64,000 bases of DNA from an uncultured bacterium (GCA_913009335.1 CAJVXN010000006.1:562-64561), one strand, 5' to 3'. Positions 14,651 through 26,229 are shown, numbered from the stretch's first letter. The notes: a model not told the origin generated them from the sequence alone. A program made the numbers and translations.

Positions 14651-16660
14651 ATGAAAGATTTTTTCCAGAATAATCTAGATATCGTATTTTTCATCTATGG
14701 GTTTTCTTTTATTGTTATGGGTCTTGCTATTATCATGCAGACCCGTCGGGGCTCTTCATTTAAAATTGCGGATATTTTATGGTTATTGGGAACATTCGGC
14801 TTGCTTCACGGTGCTAATGAATGGTTGCATATGTGGGTAATCATAAAACGCGCCCAGGAAGTTTTTATTTTATTTGATATATTGCACTGGGCCATACTTA
14901 CGGCATCTTTTTGCTTTTTATTTGAATTCGGCAGGAGATTACTTGCATTGTCGAAAGGCAATAAGAAATATTCAGCGTATTTATCGATTTGGACCTTGGT
15001 TGTTTTAGTATCAATGTCTGTGATACTCGGAATCTTTGGTAGAAATTTTTGGCAGACAAGCAGCATTTGGGTTCGTTACTTGATAGGATTCCCCGGCGGG
15101 GTGCTCGTAGCTTTAGGGTTTGTTAGTTATTTTAATAACGATATAAAACCAACTTTACCGGGGTTAAAGAGAGATTTTTATTCTGCAGCAGTATTTATTT
15201 TTGTCTATAGCTTACTTAGCGGGTTAGTTAGTTCGCCGGCTGCATTTTTCCCCGCCTCTTTGATTAACACAAAAGTATTTATGAAAGTAACTTACGGAAT
15301 ACCCGTTCAGGTGTTCCGTGCATTTTTTGCGGCAGCAGCGACAATATCTATAGGCAGGATTCTTATGATGTTTCGATGGGAAACAATCAAAAATTTATGT
15401 GCCGTCGAAACAGAGAAATTTACCGATAAGATTACTTCTTCCATTGATGAAATGATTATGGTACTCGATAGCGATTTTCGTATAAAGTGGGCTAATAAGA
15501 GATTGAAAGAAGCATATGGCCCTTATGTTAAAGGCAGGCATTGCTATGAGGTTACGCATCATCTGGATAAGCCCTGTCATCTGCCGAATGACGCCTGTCC
15601 GATTGAGGATGTAAGAAGGACCAATAAACCCAAAAGCGTAATACATACACACTTTGATAAAAATAATAAACCGATTTACGCGGAGGTGTATGCTTGTCCG
15701 TTATTAGATGAGGACGGAAAACCAACCGGTGATTTTATACATACAAGCCGTAATGTTACAGATAGAACCAAGGCTCAGAAGGAGCTTGAGGAAGCCTATA
15801 CAGAATTAAAGGCAATCCAGGAGAAATTGTTATCTGCCGAGAAAATGGCTTCTTTGGGTAAACTTTCTGCCGGAATTGCCCACGAGATAAACAACCCCAT
15901 TGGCTATGTCATTAGTAATTTATCAAGCTTGGAAAAATATATTACCAATCTGTTGCCAATGTTTAGTAAGTATTCAGAGTTAGAAGAGGTTATAGCCAAT
16001 AACGCTAAAGCAGAAGCTGAAAAATTACTCATACAGATTAAAAATACTAAAAAAGAAATTGATTTTAACTATTTACTTAAGGATTTACCCGGATTAATTA
16101 AGGAAACTCTTGACGGCGCGGAGCGTGTAGTGCGAATAATCCGCGATTTAAAGAGTTTTGCCCGTAAAGATGAAATCGAGTTAACAGAAATCGATATTAA
16201 TGAGTTAATCGAAAGCGCATTGAATATTGTCTGGAATGAGGTAAAATATAAGACAGATGTGAGTAAAGAGTATGGTGAGCTTCCAAAAATACCTTGTCAT
16301 CCACAGCAGATAACGCAGGCAGTTATGAATATTTTGGTAAATGCGGCCCAGTCAATAGAAGAAAAAGGCACTATCGCTATAAAAACTTATACAGAGAATG
16401 CTAAAGTTTATATAGAAATACAGGATAGCGGAGGCGGCATGAGCGAGGAAACACGGAAAATGATCTTTGAGCCGTTTTTTACAACTAAGCCGGTTGGTGA
16501 GGGAACAGGTTTAGGATTAGCAATTGTTTACGGTATTATCCAGAAACATAAGGGAACTATTGAGGTTAAGAGCACAGAAGGTAAAGGTTCAATTTTTATA
16601 GTCGCTCTACCTATTGCCGCGCCAAAGGGAGTAACAGTTATAAAGGATGCGCAAAAATAG
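14651..16660 (+). CDS. Membrane-bound PAS sensor histidine kinase
   Basis: Multi-TM N-terminus, PAS domain, [11 protein letters not shown]-box, [27 protein letters not shown]. Confidence 0.95.
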   Translation: MKDFFQNNLDIVFFIYGFSFIVMGLAIIMQTRRGSSFKIADILWLLGTFGLLHGANEWLHMWVIIKRAQEVFILFDILHWAILTASFCFLFEFGRRLLALSKGNKKYSAYLSIWTLVVLVSMSVILGIFGRNFWQTSSIWVRYLIGFPGGVLVALGFVSYFNNDIKPTLPGLKRDFYSAAVFIFVYSLLSGLVSSPAAFFPASLINTKVFMKVTYGIPVQVFRAFFAAAATISIGRILMMFRWETIKNLCAVETEKFTDKITSSIDEMIMVLDSDFRIKWANKRLKEAYGPYVKGRHCYEVTHHLDKPCHLPNDACPIEDVRRTNKPKSVIHTHFDKNNKPIYAEVYACPLLDEDGKPTGDFIHTSRNVTDRTKAQKELEEAYTELKAIQEKLLSAEKMASLGKLSAGIAHEINNPIGYVISNLSSLEKYITNLLPMFSKYSELEEVIANNAKAEAEKLLIQIKNTKKEIDFNYLLKDLPGLIKETLDGAERVVRIIRDLKSFARKDEIELTEIDINELIESALNIVWNEVKYKTDVSKEYGELPKIPCHPQQITQAVMNILVNAAQSIEEKGTIAIKTYTENAKVYIEIQDSGGGMSEETRKMIFEPFFTTKPVGEGTGLGLAIVYGIIQKHKGTIEVKSTEGKGSIFIVALPIAAPKGVTVIKDAQK

Positions 16661-16710
16661 GGAAAACTATATTTTTAACTTAAAAGCGTTATTTATTTAA
16701 GGAGGGGGAA

Positions 16711-17424
16711 ATGGAGAAAAAGTTAAAATTACTTTTAGTTGATGATGAAGAGAATATACTTAGCGCCTTAAATCGTGTATTTAGAGATGATAATGTTTAT
16801 GAAATAATAACTGCTCATAGCGCGCAAGACGCATTACAGAAAGTATCTTCTGTATCTGTAGATGTTGTTATTTCGGATCAAAGGATGCCGGGCATGGGAG
16901 GTGCTGAACTTCTTCAAAAGATACGCGATCTTTACCCTGATTCGATACGTTTTTTATTAAGCGGCTATGCCGATGTGGAAGCAATAATCTCCGCGATTAA
17001 TGAAGGAGATATCTATAGGTTTATAAAAAAGCCCTGGAATAATGAGGATCTTAAAATGCTGGTTAAAAAAGCAATCGGACAGAGAGATATAAGCAGGCTT
17101 ATTAGTGAAGCTATTTTTCGCGCCAAACGTACAATAGACGCAGGTAAGGATCTTGAGGTCGCTACATCTGAAGATAAAAAAAGCCTTATTGTAAAATTAA
17201 AAGATTCATCAAAGGTTATATCTCCTGAAAATATTCTTCGTTTAGTTGATTTTATAATCGGCACCGTTGAATCCGAGGGGAAGATAACGGATGGCCAGTT
17301 TCGCTTTTCAAGCGGTATGATCAATAAGAAAGAGGGGCGTATTGTTTTAAGTATTGATATGGGTAAATCTATAAGCTTAAATATTGAATTACCGCCGACG
17401 GAATCATCCGCGAAGCAAGCCTAA
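16711..17424 (+). CDS. Response regulator (receiver plus unrecognised C-terminal domain)
   Basis: LLVDDE, ISDQRMPGM, LSGYA, KPW. Confidence 0.9.
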   Translation: MEKKLKLLLVDDEENILSALNRVFRDDNVYEIITAHSAQDALQKVSSVSVDVVISDQRMPGMGGAELLQKIRDLYPDSIRFLLSGYADVEAIISAINEGDIYRFIKKPWNNEDLKMLVKKAIGQRDISRLISEAIFRAKRTIDAGKDLEVATSEDKKSLIVKLKDSSKVISPENILRLVDFIIGTVESEGKITDGQFRFSSGMINKKEGRIVLSIDMGKSISLNIELPPTESSAKQA

Positions 17425-17441
17425 ATTTAACCGAGTAAAAA

Positions 17442-17792
17442 ATGAACCGCGCAAAAGAACGACGTAAATATCGAAGGTTTAGAGTTGCGTTGCCGATTGA
17501 TTGCAGCGGAATACAATTTTTTCAGGCACGGGATTCTCAAAATCTAAGCGAGGGTGGAATATTTATCCAAACAAAGCTAATTGAGAAACTAGGAGTGAAA
17601 GTTGAGATAGTATTTATTTTTAAGGAAGATTGGGAAACAATCAAGGTTTTCGGTGAGGTGGCGTGGACGGGAAAAATTAACGATGAGCAGGATAGCAGGA
17701 TATCTTCTTCCGGTATGGGAATAAGATTTATCGACCCACCTGATGATTTTACTAAAAGAATTAAGCGTTTATATTTAAGACCCCTCCTTTAA
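17442..17792 (+). CDS. PilZ domain protein
   Basis: ERRKYRR, NLSEGG, GEVAW, GMGIRF. Confidence 0.9.
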   Translation: MNRAKERRKYRRFRVALPIDCSGIQFFQARDSQNLSEGGIFIQTKLIEKLGVKVEIVFIFKEDWETIKVFGEVAWTGKINDEQDSRISSSGMGIRFIDPPDDFTKRIKRLYLRPLL

Positions 17793-17824
17793 GGGCAACA
17801 GGAGGGTCTATCCCTGTGGATAAA
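17777..17824 (+). repeat. About 47-bp double-hairpin repeat, copy 2
   Basis: AGACCCCTCC...GGAGGGTCT-ATCCCTGTGGATAAA directly before the ancestral mdh ATG (17825); supplies the PilZ stop codon. Confidence 0.75.
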
Positions 17825-17830
17825 ATGAAA

Positions 17831-17953
17831 CCCCGTTAGAGATAGGTCACCGAGGGTGACCGTTTATTAAGCTAAAGCTCGCAGATAAAATTATAGGCTC
17901 TATAATTATGAATTTATCAGATGTAAATACAAGTGATAGTATCTCTAACGGGG
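17831..17953. mobile_element. 123-bp MITE-like element, copy 2 (in mdh start)
   Basis: CCCCGTTAGAGATA/TATCTCTAACGGGG; TGAAA duplication; removal restores ATG AAA AAG ATT GCG. Confidence 0.85.
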
Positions 17954-18876
17954 TGAAAAAGATTGCGATAATTGGTGCTGGCAATGTTGGCGGCATGACT
18001 GCTGTGCGTATTCTTGATGAAGGAATAGCGCAAGTTGAGCTTGTGGATGTTGCGGAAAATTTAGCGCGTGCTAAAGCTTCTGATTTAGAAGACGCAAGGC
18101 TCGCTTTATTGCGTGATTATTCAATATCTGCCGGGAGTGATTTTTCAAAAATAAAAGGTTCTGAGATCGTCATCGTAACAGCCGGTCTTGCTAGAAGGCC
18201 GGGAATGACGCGCGAAGACCTTTTGAAAAAGAATGCGGAGATTGTTAAAAACGTAGCAGGCTATGTTAAGCAATATGCAAAAGATGCAATTTGTATAATT
18301 GTCAGCAATCCTGTGGATGTGATGACTTATTTGTTTCTTGATAAGCTTTCCGGGGATCGTTTTCGTGTATTTGGTATGGGCATGAATTTAGATGCATCGC
18401 GCTTTGCGAACTTGATAAGCAAGAAGCTTAACGTCAGTGTGCAGCAAGTAAAACCTATCGTAATAGGCGCGCACGGTCAAAATATGATTCCCTTGTCTCG
18501 GTTGACTCTGGTTAACGATACGCCGCTTACATCTCTTATTTCCAAAGAAGAAGTAACCGCGCTTGAGCAGGAGACGATTAACCGCGGTGCTTCTATAGTT
18601 GGGCTGTATGGATCCGGCAGCGCCTATTTTGCGCCTTCAGCCGCCATTCTCGAGATTGTAAAGCTGATTAATAATGATGCGCATGCTCTGCTTGCGGCAT
18701 CGGTAAAGCTTTCGGGTGAATACGATATTTCTGATGTATGCATAGGAGTTTCCGTTCATTTAGGTAAAGGCGGCATTGAGGAAATCGTAAAACTTGATTT
18801 AAATGATGACGAATTATCCGCCTTACAAGATGCAGCTTCAGTAATCAAATCCAATATTAAATCTATTTTTAAATAA
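17953..18876 (+). CDS. mdh: Malate dehydrogenase (LDH-like); start at GTG 17953 or ATG 17908
   Basis: IAIIGAGNVG, TAGLARRPGMTREDL, VSNPVD, LDASRF, GAHG, GSAYFAP. Confidence 0.93.
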   Translation: MKKIAIIGAGNVGGMTAVRILDEGIAQVELVDVAENLARAKASDLEDARLALLRDYSISAGSDFSKIKGSEIVIVTAGLARRPGMTREDLLKKNAEIVKNVAGYVKQYAKDAICIIVSNPVDVMTYLFLDKLSGDRFRVFGMGMNLDASRFANLISKKLNVSVQQVKPIVIGAHGQNMIPLSRLTLVNDTPLTSLISKEEVTALEQETINRGASIVGLYGSGSAYFAPSAAILEIVKLINNDAHALLAASVKLSGEYDISDVCIGVSVHLGKGGIEEIVKLDLNDDELSALQDAASVIKSNIKSIFK

Positions 18877-18889
18877 TACGGGGGGAGCA

Positions 18890-20194
18890 ATGTATGATGT
18901 TTGTGTAATTGGTTCTGGGTGGGCAGGAATCAACGCGGCGATAACTGCTGTTAATAATAAATTATCCGTGTGTCTTATTGAGAAAAATACATTAGGAGGA
19001 ACTTGTCTTAACTACGGATGTATTCCAACTAAGAGTCTTGTAGCAAGTGCGGCTCATCTCTATGCGGCAAATCATTCCACTGAATTTGGTATAGACCTAA
19101 AGGAGATAAAATTAAATTTTACTAAGGTCCTTGAGCGTAAAAATAAAGTTGTATCGCGCCTGCATTTGGGATTGGAGGGTTTAATTAAAACAAAAAAGAT
19201 ATATTTAATAAATGGCGAGGCAAAAATTATTAATAAAAATCAAATTTCCGTGGGTAAGGATATAATTGAAGTCAAGAATATCGTTATCGCGACAGGATCT
19301 CGTCCGCGTCAATTAAGCAATTTAAAATTTGACTCAAAGCACATCCTGTCTAGTACTGATATGCTGAATTTAGATAAACTGCCTGAAAATATTTTAGTTA
19401 TTGGTGGTGGTGTAATCGGCTGTGAATTTGCCGGTGTTTTTTCACAAATGGGTTCAAAAGTTACGATTTCTGAAATACTCGAGCGGATTCTTATTACCGA
19501 AGATAGAGAAGCGTCAAAAAAAATGGAAATCGCGTTTAAGAAACAGGGTGTTAAGATTCTTACAAAAACTGATTTTGCAACTCTCAACCTGGATGAATTC
19601 GATAAAGTATTACTGTGTGTGGGCCGCGCAGTAAATAGTGAAAATCTGGGTTTAGAAGCAGCGGGCATTGCAACAGATAAGGGAAAGATCGTTGTAGATA
19701 AAAATCTTATGACTAATATTGATAGCATCTATGCCGCGGGAGATTGTATAGGCGGCTATCAATTAGCGCATGTTGCTGCTTATGAGGGTAAGATTACAGT
19801 TGAAAATATTTTAGGTAAAAATAAAGAGCCTGACTATAGCGCCGTACCAAACTGCATATTTACGCATCCTGAAATCGCCAGCGTCGGATTATCAGAGGCC
19901 GCAGCAGGTGAAAAAGGATATAATACTAAAATTGCAAAATTTAATTTTCTCGCTTTAGGTATGGCGCATGTTAAAGGTGAGCCTGAAGGTTTTGTTAAAC
20001 TCCTCGTAAACTCTGAAAATGAGCAGATTCTCGGTGCTACTATCTTTGGTATTGGCGCTACAGAATTAATCGCGATACTCGCATTGGCGATACGTAATAA
20101 TTTAGATGTCACGGCACTTTCTGAAACTATTTTTCCTCATCCCTCCTTATCTGAATCTATCGCAGAAACGGTACATAATTTTCATGCAAATTAA
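18890..20194 (+). CDS. lpdA: Dihydrolipoyl dehydrogenase
   Basis: GGTCLNYGCIPTK, GGGVIGCE, YAAGD, LAHVA, HPSLSE. Confidence 0.95.
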   Translation: MYDVCVIGSGWAGINAAITAVNNKLSVCLIEKNTLGGTCLNYGCIPTKSLVASAAHLYAANHSTEFGIDLKEIKLNFTKVLERKNKVVSRLHLGLEGLIKTKKIYLINGEAKIINKNQISVGKDIIEVKNIVIATGSRPRQLSNLKFDSKHILSSTDMLNLDKLPENILVIGGGVIGCEFAGVFSQMGSKVTISEILERILITEDREASKKMEIAFKKQGVKILTKTDFATLNLDEFDKVLLCVGRAVNSENLGLEAAGIATDKGKIVVDKNLMTNIDSIYAAGDCIGGYQLAHVAAYEGKITVENILGKNKEPDYSAVPNCIFTHPEIASVGLSEAAAGEKGYNTKIAKFNFLALGMAHVKGEPEGFVKLLVNSENEQILGATIFGIGATELIAILALAIRNNLDVTALSETIFPHPSLSESIAETVHNFHAN

Positions 20195-20317
20195 CCCCGT
20201 TAGAGATGGCGGCAAAAATTAATCATAAAAAGCAAATGCCGGTTGAAGAATATCGATTACCTGATGAAGCTTTTTCTCGAACAGACGTCCGCCGTAGGCG
20301 GACTATCTCTAACGGGG
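20195..20317. mobile_element. 123-bp MITE-like element, copy 3 (in lipB start)
   Basis: CCCCGTTAGAGAT/ATCTCTAACGGGG; TTAA duplication; removal restores ATG CAA ATT AAA CTA TTA GAT from ATG 20184. Confidence 0.85.
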
Positions 20318-20988
20318 TTAAACTATTAGATTTAGGCCTGATTGATTATTTAGATGCCTTAAACAAGCAAAAAGAATTGCTCTGTCGCATAAAATCCGGC
20401 AATGATACGGATACGCTTATTTTATGTGAGCATAATCATGTTTTTACATTAGGCAGGCGCGCAAAAGAAGAAAATATACTTTGTGGTATTGAGGGGGCGC
20501 GTAAAATAGGCGTTGATGTTATTCCTGTTGATAGGGGTGGAGATGTGACTTACCATGGGAAGGGGCAGTTGGTTGCCTACATGATTTTTGATTTACGTAA
20601 AGATAAAAAAGACCTAAGTCTTTTTCTGCGCCGCCTGGAGCGTGTTGTTCTGGGAGTACTTAATGATTATGGAATTAGAGGCAGTTTGATTGAAGGGCGA
20701 AGAGGTGTCTGGGTGAATAAAAAAAAGATCGCCTCTATTGGTATCGGTGTAAGCGGTTGGGTAACATATCACGGTTTAAGCTTTAATATAAATACAGATT
20801 TAAAGTTTTTTTCGATGATTAACCCGTGCGGGTATCGCGACGTGGAAATGGTCTCTTTATCTGAAATTCTTAATGCTTATGTTGATTTAGTAGCTGTAAA
20901 AGCAGCTTTTATTAATAATCTTGCGAAGGTTTTTGAAAGGAATGTAAAAACAGGAGGGATTTATGTCAAAAACGATTTGTTTACCTGA
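20206..20988 (+). CDS. lipB: Lipoyl(octanoyl) transferase; N-terminal 37 aa derive from the inserted element
   Basis: CEHNHVFTLGR, DRGGDVTYHG, KIASIG, YHGLSFN, INPCG. Confidence 0.93.
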   Translation: MAAKINHKKQMPVEEYRLPDEAFSRTDVRRRRTISNGVKLLDLGLIDYLDALNKQKELLCRIKSGNDTDTLILCEHNHVFTLGRRAKEENILCGIEGARKIGVDVIPVDRGGDVTYHGKGQLVAYMIFDLRKDKKDLSLFLRRLERVVLGVLNDYGIRGSLIEGRRGVWVNKKKIASIGIGVSGWVTYHGLSFNINTDLKFFSMINPCGYRDVEMVSLSEILNAYVDLVAVKAAFINNLAKVFERNVKTGGIYVKNDLFT

Positions 20989-21196
20989 ATTAGGTGAGGG
21001 AATAGAAAAAGCAACAGTTTCGTACTGGTTAGTGGATGAGGGGGCCGAGATTAAAGAAGGCGAAGATATTGTTGAAATGGTTACAGATAAGGCTACTTTT
21101 AATGTTCCCGCGAGTTCTGCCGGTGCGATAAAGAAGATTTTGCTGCGCGAGGGCGAAGTGGTTAAGGTAGGTGATGTATTAGCTGAACTTGAGTAA
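20963..21196 (+). CDS. Stand-alone lipoyl-binding domain protein
   Basis: LPELGEGI, EMVTDKA lipoyl-Lys motif; 77 aa; GGAGG Shine-Dalgarno. Confidence 0.9.
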   Translation: MSKTICLPELGEGIEKATVSYWLVDEGAEIKEGEDIVEMVTDKATFNVPASSAGAIKKILLREGEVVKVGDVLAELE

Positions 21197-21208
21197 AATC
21201 CGTCTCCC

Positions 21209-21237
21209 TTGACAAAACGCATATCATATGTTATACT
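21209..21237 (+). promoter_or_regulatory. Near-consensus sigma70 promoter of cvpA-NIF3-dnaG-rpoD
   Basis: TTGACA-17 bp-TATACT with extended TG. Confidence 0.75.
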
Positions 21238-21269
21238 TTATAGTTAACTTACGTCATTAAGGAGAATCT

Positions 21270-21833
21270 ATGGGATTTGGCGACTTAATGAGTCAGCTTA
21301 ATTGGATAGATGTTTTAATTATAACTCTATTGTTTAGAAGCACTTATATAGGTGCAAAACAAGGCGTTATAGTTGAAATATTTAAGTTATTGTCATTTAT
21401 TAGTATTTCCTTTTTTACCCTGCATTATTATGCGGTATGGGGTGATTTTCTTAATAATGCAACCCCGCTAGATAAGTCTGCAAGCTATGTTTTTTGTTAT
21501 TTATTGATAACATCTGTGCTCTTATTCATCTTTAAGTTTGCTCGGCATAGTTTCTTACGCATAGTTAAGATTGAAGTTATAGAATTTTTAAGTTTCTGGG
21601 GAGGGGTATTATTTGGTTTTATCCGCGGATTTTTGGTTTCCAGCCTTATCTGTTTATTTTTCTTTGTTTTTACTGGTGATTATTTAAAGGGTAGTGTGCG
21701 GCAGTCATTTTCAGGGGGAAGGGTGCTTAAGATTTCCCCGGTAGTATATAAATCTATCTATAACGGTTTGATTATAAAATTTAATCCGAACAGCGAATTA
21801 AATGAGGAGTTGTTTGATAGTCTGGAGGGGTAA
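21270..21833 (+). CDS. CvpA family membrane protein
   Basis: NWIDVLII, four TM helices, GGVLFGFIRG. Confidence 0.85.
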   Translation: MGFGDLMSQLNWIDVLIITLLFRSTYIGAKQGVIVEIFKLLSFISISFFTLHYYAVWGDFLNNATPLDKSASYVFCYLLITSVLLFIFKFARHSFLRIVKIEVIEFLSFWGGVLFGFIRGFLVSSLICLFFFVFTGDYLKGSVRQSFSGGRVLKISPVVYKSIYNGLIIKFNPNSELNEELFDSLEG

Positions 21834-22783
21834 TGAAATTAAGTAAGCTATATGAAGCAATAGTAAGAATCGGGATTGATAATGACCCTCGCGGTAAGAC
21901 AGAAATCAATAAACAGCTGGCAAAAGTAAATAAAGCCTGTGCTAAATTATCAAATGAGGATAAAGATTCATTTGATATGGAGACGCTGCAAAACCCATAT
22001 GCCGATACCCGTATATTAACCGGAGATTGCGAAACAAATATAAAAAATGTATTAGTGGGGATAGATGTCGAAACACCCGAGTTGTTACTTACTGATACTA
22101 TAAGGCAAAAGAAAAAAATTGATTTAGTTGTATCTCATCATCCCCAAGGAATAGCATATGCCGGGTTTTACGATGTAATGAAGATGCAGGCAGATATCCT
22201 GGGTAAGGCCGGTGTTCCTATTAGCGTAGCCGAGCAGTTAACGCAAGCTCGTATGCAGCAGGTGGAACGTCGCGTACTTCCGGCAAATCATCTGCGTACT
22301 ACAGATGCGGCTAAATTATTAAATATTAATTTTATCTGTATACATACGCCGGCGGATAATTGCGTAGCTACATATTTACAGAAGCTTATTGACTCAAAGC
22401 ATCCGGAAACAATCGGAGATATTATAGAAATGCTAAAAAAAATACCTGAATACAAATCCGCTATTTTAAATAAGGCCGGGCCTAAAGTGTTGTTAGGTAC
22501 AGAGTCATCCAAGTGCGGCAAGGTTCTTGTAGAAATGACTGGTGGTACAGAAGGTTCTAAAGATATCTTTCCAAAGTTGGCCTCAGCCGGAGTAAGTACG
22601 ATTATTGGCATGCATATCAGTGAAGAACATTTCCAAAAGGCAAAACAAGCGAACATCAACGTTATAATTGCCGGGCATATTAGTTCTGATAATTTAGGGC
22701 TCAATCTTCTTCTAGACGCAGTCCAAAAGAAAGAAAAACTGAATATTGCTGAGTTTTCAGGCTTCAGAAGAGTAAAGCGTTAA
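21833..22783 (+). CDS. NIF3 (NGG1p interacting factor)-like protein
   Basis: NPYADTRI, VGID, SHHP, HTPADN, AGHISSD. Confidence 0.8.
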   Translation: MKLSKLYEAIVRIGIDNDPRGKTEINKQLAKVNKACAKLSNEDKDSFDMETLQNPYADTRILTGDCETNIKNVLVGIDVETPELLLTDTIRQKKKIDLVVSHHPQGIAYAGFYDVMKMQADILGKAGVPISVAEQLTQARMQQVERRVLPANHLRTTDAAKLLNINFICIHTPADNCVATYLQKLIDSKHPETIGDIIEMLKKIPEYKSAILNKAGPKVLLGTESSKCGKVLVEMTGGTEGSKDIFPKLASAGVSTIIGMHISEEHFQKAKQANINVIIAGHISSDNLGLNLLLDAVQKKEKLNIAEFSGFRRVKR

Positions 22784-22830
22784 CATTCCATTGTGAACAC
22801 TAAAATAAAAGATAGAGAGATTTAATTTAA

Positions 22831-24636
22831 ATGGCCCATACTATACCATCTGAAACCATTGATGATATTCTGGATAAGTTAAATATCGCTGAGGTTGTTT
22901 CTTCGTATATCCCCTTGAAGCGGGCGGGGCGTAATCTAAAGGCGGTTTGTCCGTTTCACCACGAGAAAACTCCTTCGTTTGTCGTTAGTCCGGATAAACA
23001 AATTTATCATTGCTTTGGATGTGGCGTCGGCGGAAATGCCCTAAACTTTGTAATGGAGTATGAGCGGGTAGAATTTTTAGAGGCTGTGAATATTCTGGCA
23101 AAGAGGTCAGGGGTTGAAATTAAACATTTACCCGGGGCAGCCACTCAACAAACATCCGACACAAAAACAAAGCTTTATAAAATTAACGAAGTAGCGTCTT
23201 TGTTTTATCATAAAAATCTTTTTGCCCTGCCGCAGGCAAAAATTGCCCGTAGTTATTTAAGCAATCGTGCTATTTCGGAAGATATAGCCAGGCAGGCACG
23301 GCTAGGGTTTGCTACGGATCTCTGGGATGGTTTACTTGAGCATTTAAAAAGCGAAGGGGTAAATCCAACATTTACCGCTCGTGTAGGGTTAATAATTGCT
23401 AAAGACCGCGGCGGATTTTACGATCGTTTTCGTAATCGAATAATTTTTCCTATTTTCGACATAAAATCTAAAGTTATTGGTTTTGGCGGCCGGGGGCTGG
23501 ATGATACGACTATGCCGAAATATGTCAATTCTCCCGAAACACCACTTTACATTAAAGGGAAACATTTATACGGTTTAAATTTTTCAAAAGATAAAATACG
23601 GGAAAAGGACTCTTGTCTGATTGTTGAAGGATACCTTGATTTTTTGATTCCTTATTCGCAGGGGATAGATAATATCGTTGCATCTCTTGGTACGGCATTA
23701 ACTAAAGATCAAATTCGTTTGATTAAGCGCTATACGCATAATGTAGTAATGATCTATGATGGCGATATTTCCGGTCAGTTGGCGGCATTAAGAAGTCTGG
23801 ACTTATTTACTGAAGAAGGTCTCAGCGTTAAAATTGTCACTATGGAAAAAGGGTTTGATCCCGACTTGTTTGTAAGAAAATTCGGTGCTTCAAGTTTACG
23901 TGAAAAGATCGCAAGCGCAAAAAGCCTATTTGATTTTAAATTAGATTTTTTAAAACAAAAACATGATATTTTGGATATTGAGCAGAAAGCAAAAATTATC
24001 GAGGAGATGCTTATTACAATAACCAAATTTAACAATGCATTGGTTAAAGCGGGTTATATTAAACTCCTTGCGGAAGAATTAAATGTTTCTGAGTCCGCAA
24101 TCATGCAGGAAGCAAAGAAGCTAAATTCAAAGCAGGATAAGGAATACAGCAGAGAACATTCAAGAGAAAATAGAATAAAGAATACATCGGATGGATTGAA
24201 GAATCAGGAGCGCGCATTCGAGAGACTGCTTGTACAGCTTATGCTGCAAGAGGAAGAAATATTGCATAAAATGAAAGATACCGTTTCTGCATCTGATTTT
24301 CACGACAAACATTTGAGTGAAATTGTAAGTACGATGTTTGAGTTAACTCATCTTGGAAAAAGCATAACCCCGAATAAATTACTTACTTTTTTCCAGGATC
24401 GAGACGTGGCAACTACTATTTGTAGGCTTAGCACGACCGATGAGATTATAGCGGATAAGGACAAAGTTGTTACTGAGTGTGTGTTGCGTCTTAAAAAAGA
24501 GGCGATTAAAACCGCTAAGCATCGGTTATCGAAAGAGATTAAGGACGCGCAAAATATAAATGATAAAGAAAGATTGACATATCTGTTGCATGAATTTAAT
24601 GTGTTAGCAAAAAAGAAGGTATCCTATGAGGCGTAA
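22831..24636 (+). CDS. dnaG: DNA primase
   Basis: [11 protein letters not shown] zinc finger, [29 protein letters not shown]. Confidence 0.98.
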   Translation: MAHTIPSETIDDILDKLNIAEVVSSYIPLKRAGRNLKAVCPFHHEKTPSFVVSPDKQIYHCFGCGVGGNALNFVMEYERVEFLEAVNILAKRSGVEIKHLPGAATQQTSDTKTKLYKINEVASLFYHKNLFALPQAKIARSYLSNRAISEDIARQARLGFATDLWDGLLEHLKSEGVNPTFTARVGLIIAKDRGGFYDRFRNRIIFPIFDIKSKVIGFGGRGLDDTTMPKYVNSPETPLYIKGKHLYGLNFSKDKIREKDSCLIVEGYLDFLIPYSQGIDNIVASLGTALTKDQIRLIKRYTHNVVMIYDGDISGQLAALRSLDLFTEEGLSVKIVTMEKGFDPDLFVRKFGASSLREKIASAKSLFDFKLDFLKQKHDILDIEQKAKIIEEMLITITKFNNALVKAGYIKLLAEELNVSESAIMQEAKKLNSKQDKEYSREHSRENRIKNTSDGLKNQERAFERLLVQLMLQEEEILHKMKDTVSASDFHDKHLSEIVSTMFELTHLGKSITPNKLLTFFQDRDVATTICRLSTTDEIIADKDKVVTECVLRLKKEAIKTAKHRLSKEIKDAQNINDKERLTYLLHEFNVLAKKKVSYEA

Positions 24637-26194
24637 GATTGCGAAAAGTAAGAATTTGGAAAAATTAATTTCTATAGGTAAGCAAAAGGGTTTTCTTACT
24701 TATGATCAGGTAAATAAAAATCTGCCTAATGATGTCACTTCTCCAAAGGATATCGAGCGAGTATTCGAATTATTAGGAAAAGCAAACATTAAAATAGTCG
24801 ATTCTGTCCAGAATTTCCAACAAGACACCCTAAAGGGAGGTTTAATGCGAACTAATGAAACACCACCGAAGGTAGTAAAGCCGCTACCGGAAAAATATAT
24901 GCCGCTTGATGATCCGGTTAAAATGTATTTAAGACAGATGGGTTCGATTTCTTTGCTTAACAGGGCAGATGAATTAGCGCTTGCGCAAAAAATCGAAACA
25001 GAAGAAAACAAGTTTAAGCGCGAAGTTATTTCTACAAAATATGCCCGCCATGAATTATTTATACTTATTGATAAGCTTCTTGCTAAGGAAAAGAACCTTG
25101 AGGAAGTAATCAAAGAGGAAGTTGATGCAAAAAAAAATGTGGCTTATCGAAAATTATCACGGCTAGCGCGAAAAATCCGCAAAACGCGTAGCACAAGTAA
25201 AGTATTAGAATTATTTACAGAGTTGAATTTTATTACTTCTGTTATTGAAAATATTTTTAAATCTTTTATTGCTACATTTAAAAAAATCGATTTAATAAAT
25301 AGGGAAATTAATAAAGCACGACGTAAGCATATCAAGGGTTTTATCAGAAAGCTTAAACTAGAGCAAGAGAAGATTATTAGAAAATTCGGCATGCCGGTTA
25401 AGGAAATAAAAGAAGAACTAAGGCACATAAAGCTAAAACAGAATAAGTTTGCTCGTGCGAAAAAGAAACTCGTTGAGGCAAATCTACGATTAGTAGTCAG
25501 TATTGCAAAGAAATACACAAATCGTGGTTTGTCATTTTTAGATCTTATACAGGAGGGTAATATCGGATTAATGCGCGCGGTAGAGAAGTTTGAGTATAAG
25601 AGAGGTTATAAATTTTCCACATACGCAACCTGGTGGATACGTCAGGCAATTACGCGTTCAATCGCAGATCAGGCCAGGACGATTAGGATTCCGGTGCATA
25701 TGACTGAAACAATAAATAAGATAATACGTATTTCTCGTATGTTCGTGCAAGAAAATGGACGTGAGCCTCGACCAGAGGAAATTTCTAAGCAGATGCGTAT
25801 GCCTATGGGTAAAGTAAAAAGTATTTTAAAGATTGCCCAGGAGCCCATATCTCTGCAGACACCAATAGGTGACGATGGAGATACTCGTTTTGGAGATTTT
25901 ATCGAAGATAAAAAAGCTATTTCTCCTGCGGATGCTACATTGCGATCGATGTTGAGAGATGAAATGAATTTAGCGCTTGAGGGGCTCACAGATCGCGAGA
26001 AGAAAATTCTTGTATTACGTTTTGGTACTGAGGATGGATGTGCTCATACACTCGAAGAGGTGGGTAAGGTTTTTCGAGTTACCCGCGAACGCGTAAGGCA
26101 GATTGAAGCAAAAGCGCTAAAGAAATTAAGGCATCCTACACGCTCAAAACGTCTGCGTACATTTTTGGATGTCACCTTAGTGCAAACAAAGTAA
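24626..26194 (+). CDS. rpoD: Primary sigma factor
   Basis: [45 protein letters not shown]. Confidence 0.97.
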   Translation: MRRKIAKSKNLEKLISIGKQKGFLTYDQVNKNLPNDVTSPKDIERVFELLGKANIKIVDSVQNFQQDTLKGGLMRTNETPPKVVKPLPEKYMPLDDPVKMYLRQMGSISLLNRADELALAQKIETEENKFKREVISTKYARHELFILIDKLLAKEKNLEEVIKEEVDAKKNVAYRKLSRLARKIRKTRSTSKVLELFTELNFITSVIENIFKSFIATFKKIDLINREINKARRKHIKGFIRKLKLEQEKIIRKFGMPVKEIKEELRHIKLKQNKFARAKKKLVEANLRLVVSIAKKYTNRGLSFLDLIQEGNIGLMRAVEKFEYKRGYKFSTYATWWIRQAITRSIADQARTIRIPVHMTETINKIIRISRMFVQENGREPRPEEISKQMRMPMGKVKSILKIAQEPISLQTPIGDDGDTRFGDFIEDKKAISPADATLRSMLRDEMNLALEGLTDREKKILVLRFGTEDGCAHTLEEVGKVFRVTRERVRQIEAKALKKLRHPTRSKRLRTFLDVTLVQTK

Positions 26195-26229
26195 AAAATA
26201 TTAAAGTAGTTTTTATTAGATAGAGTGGT

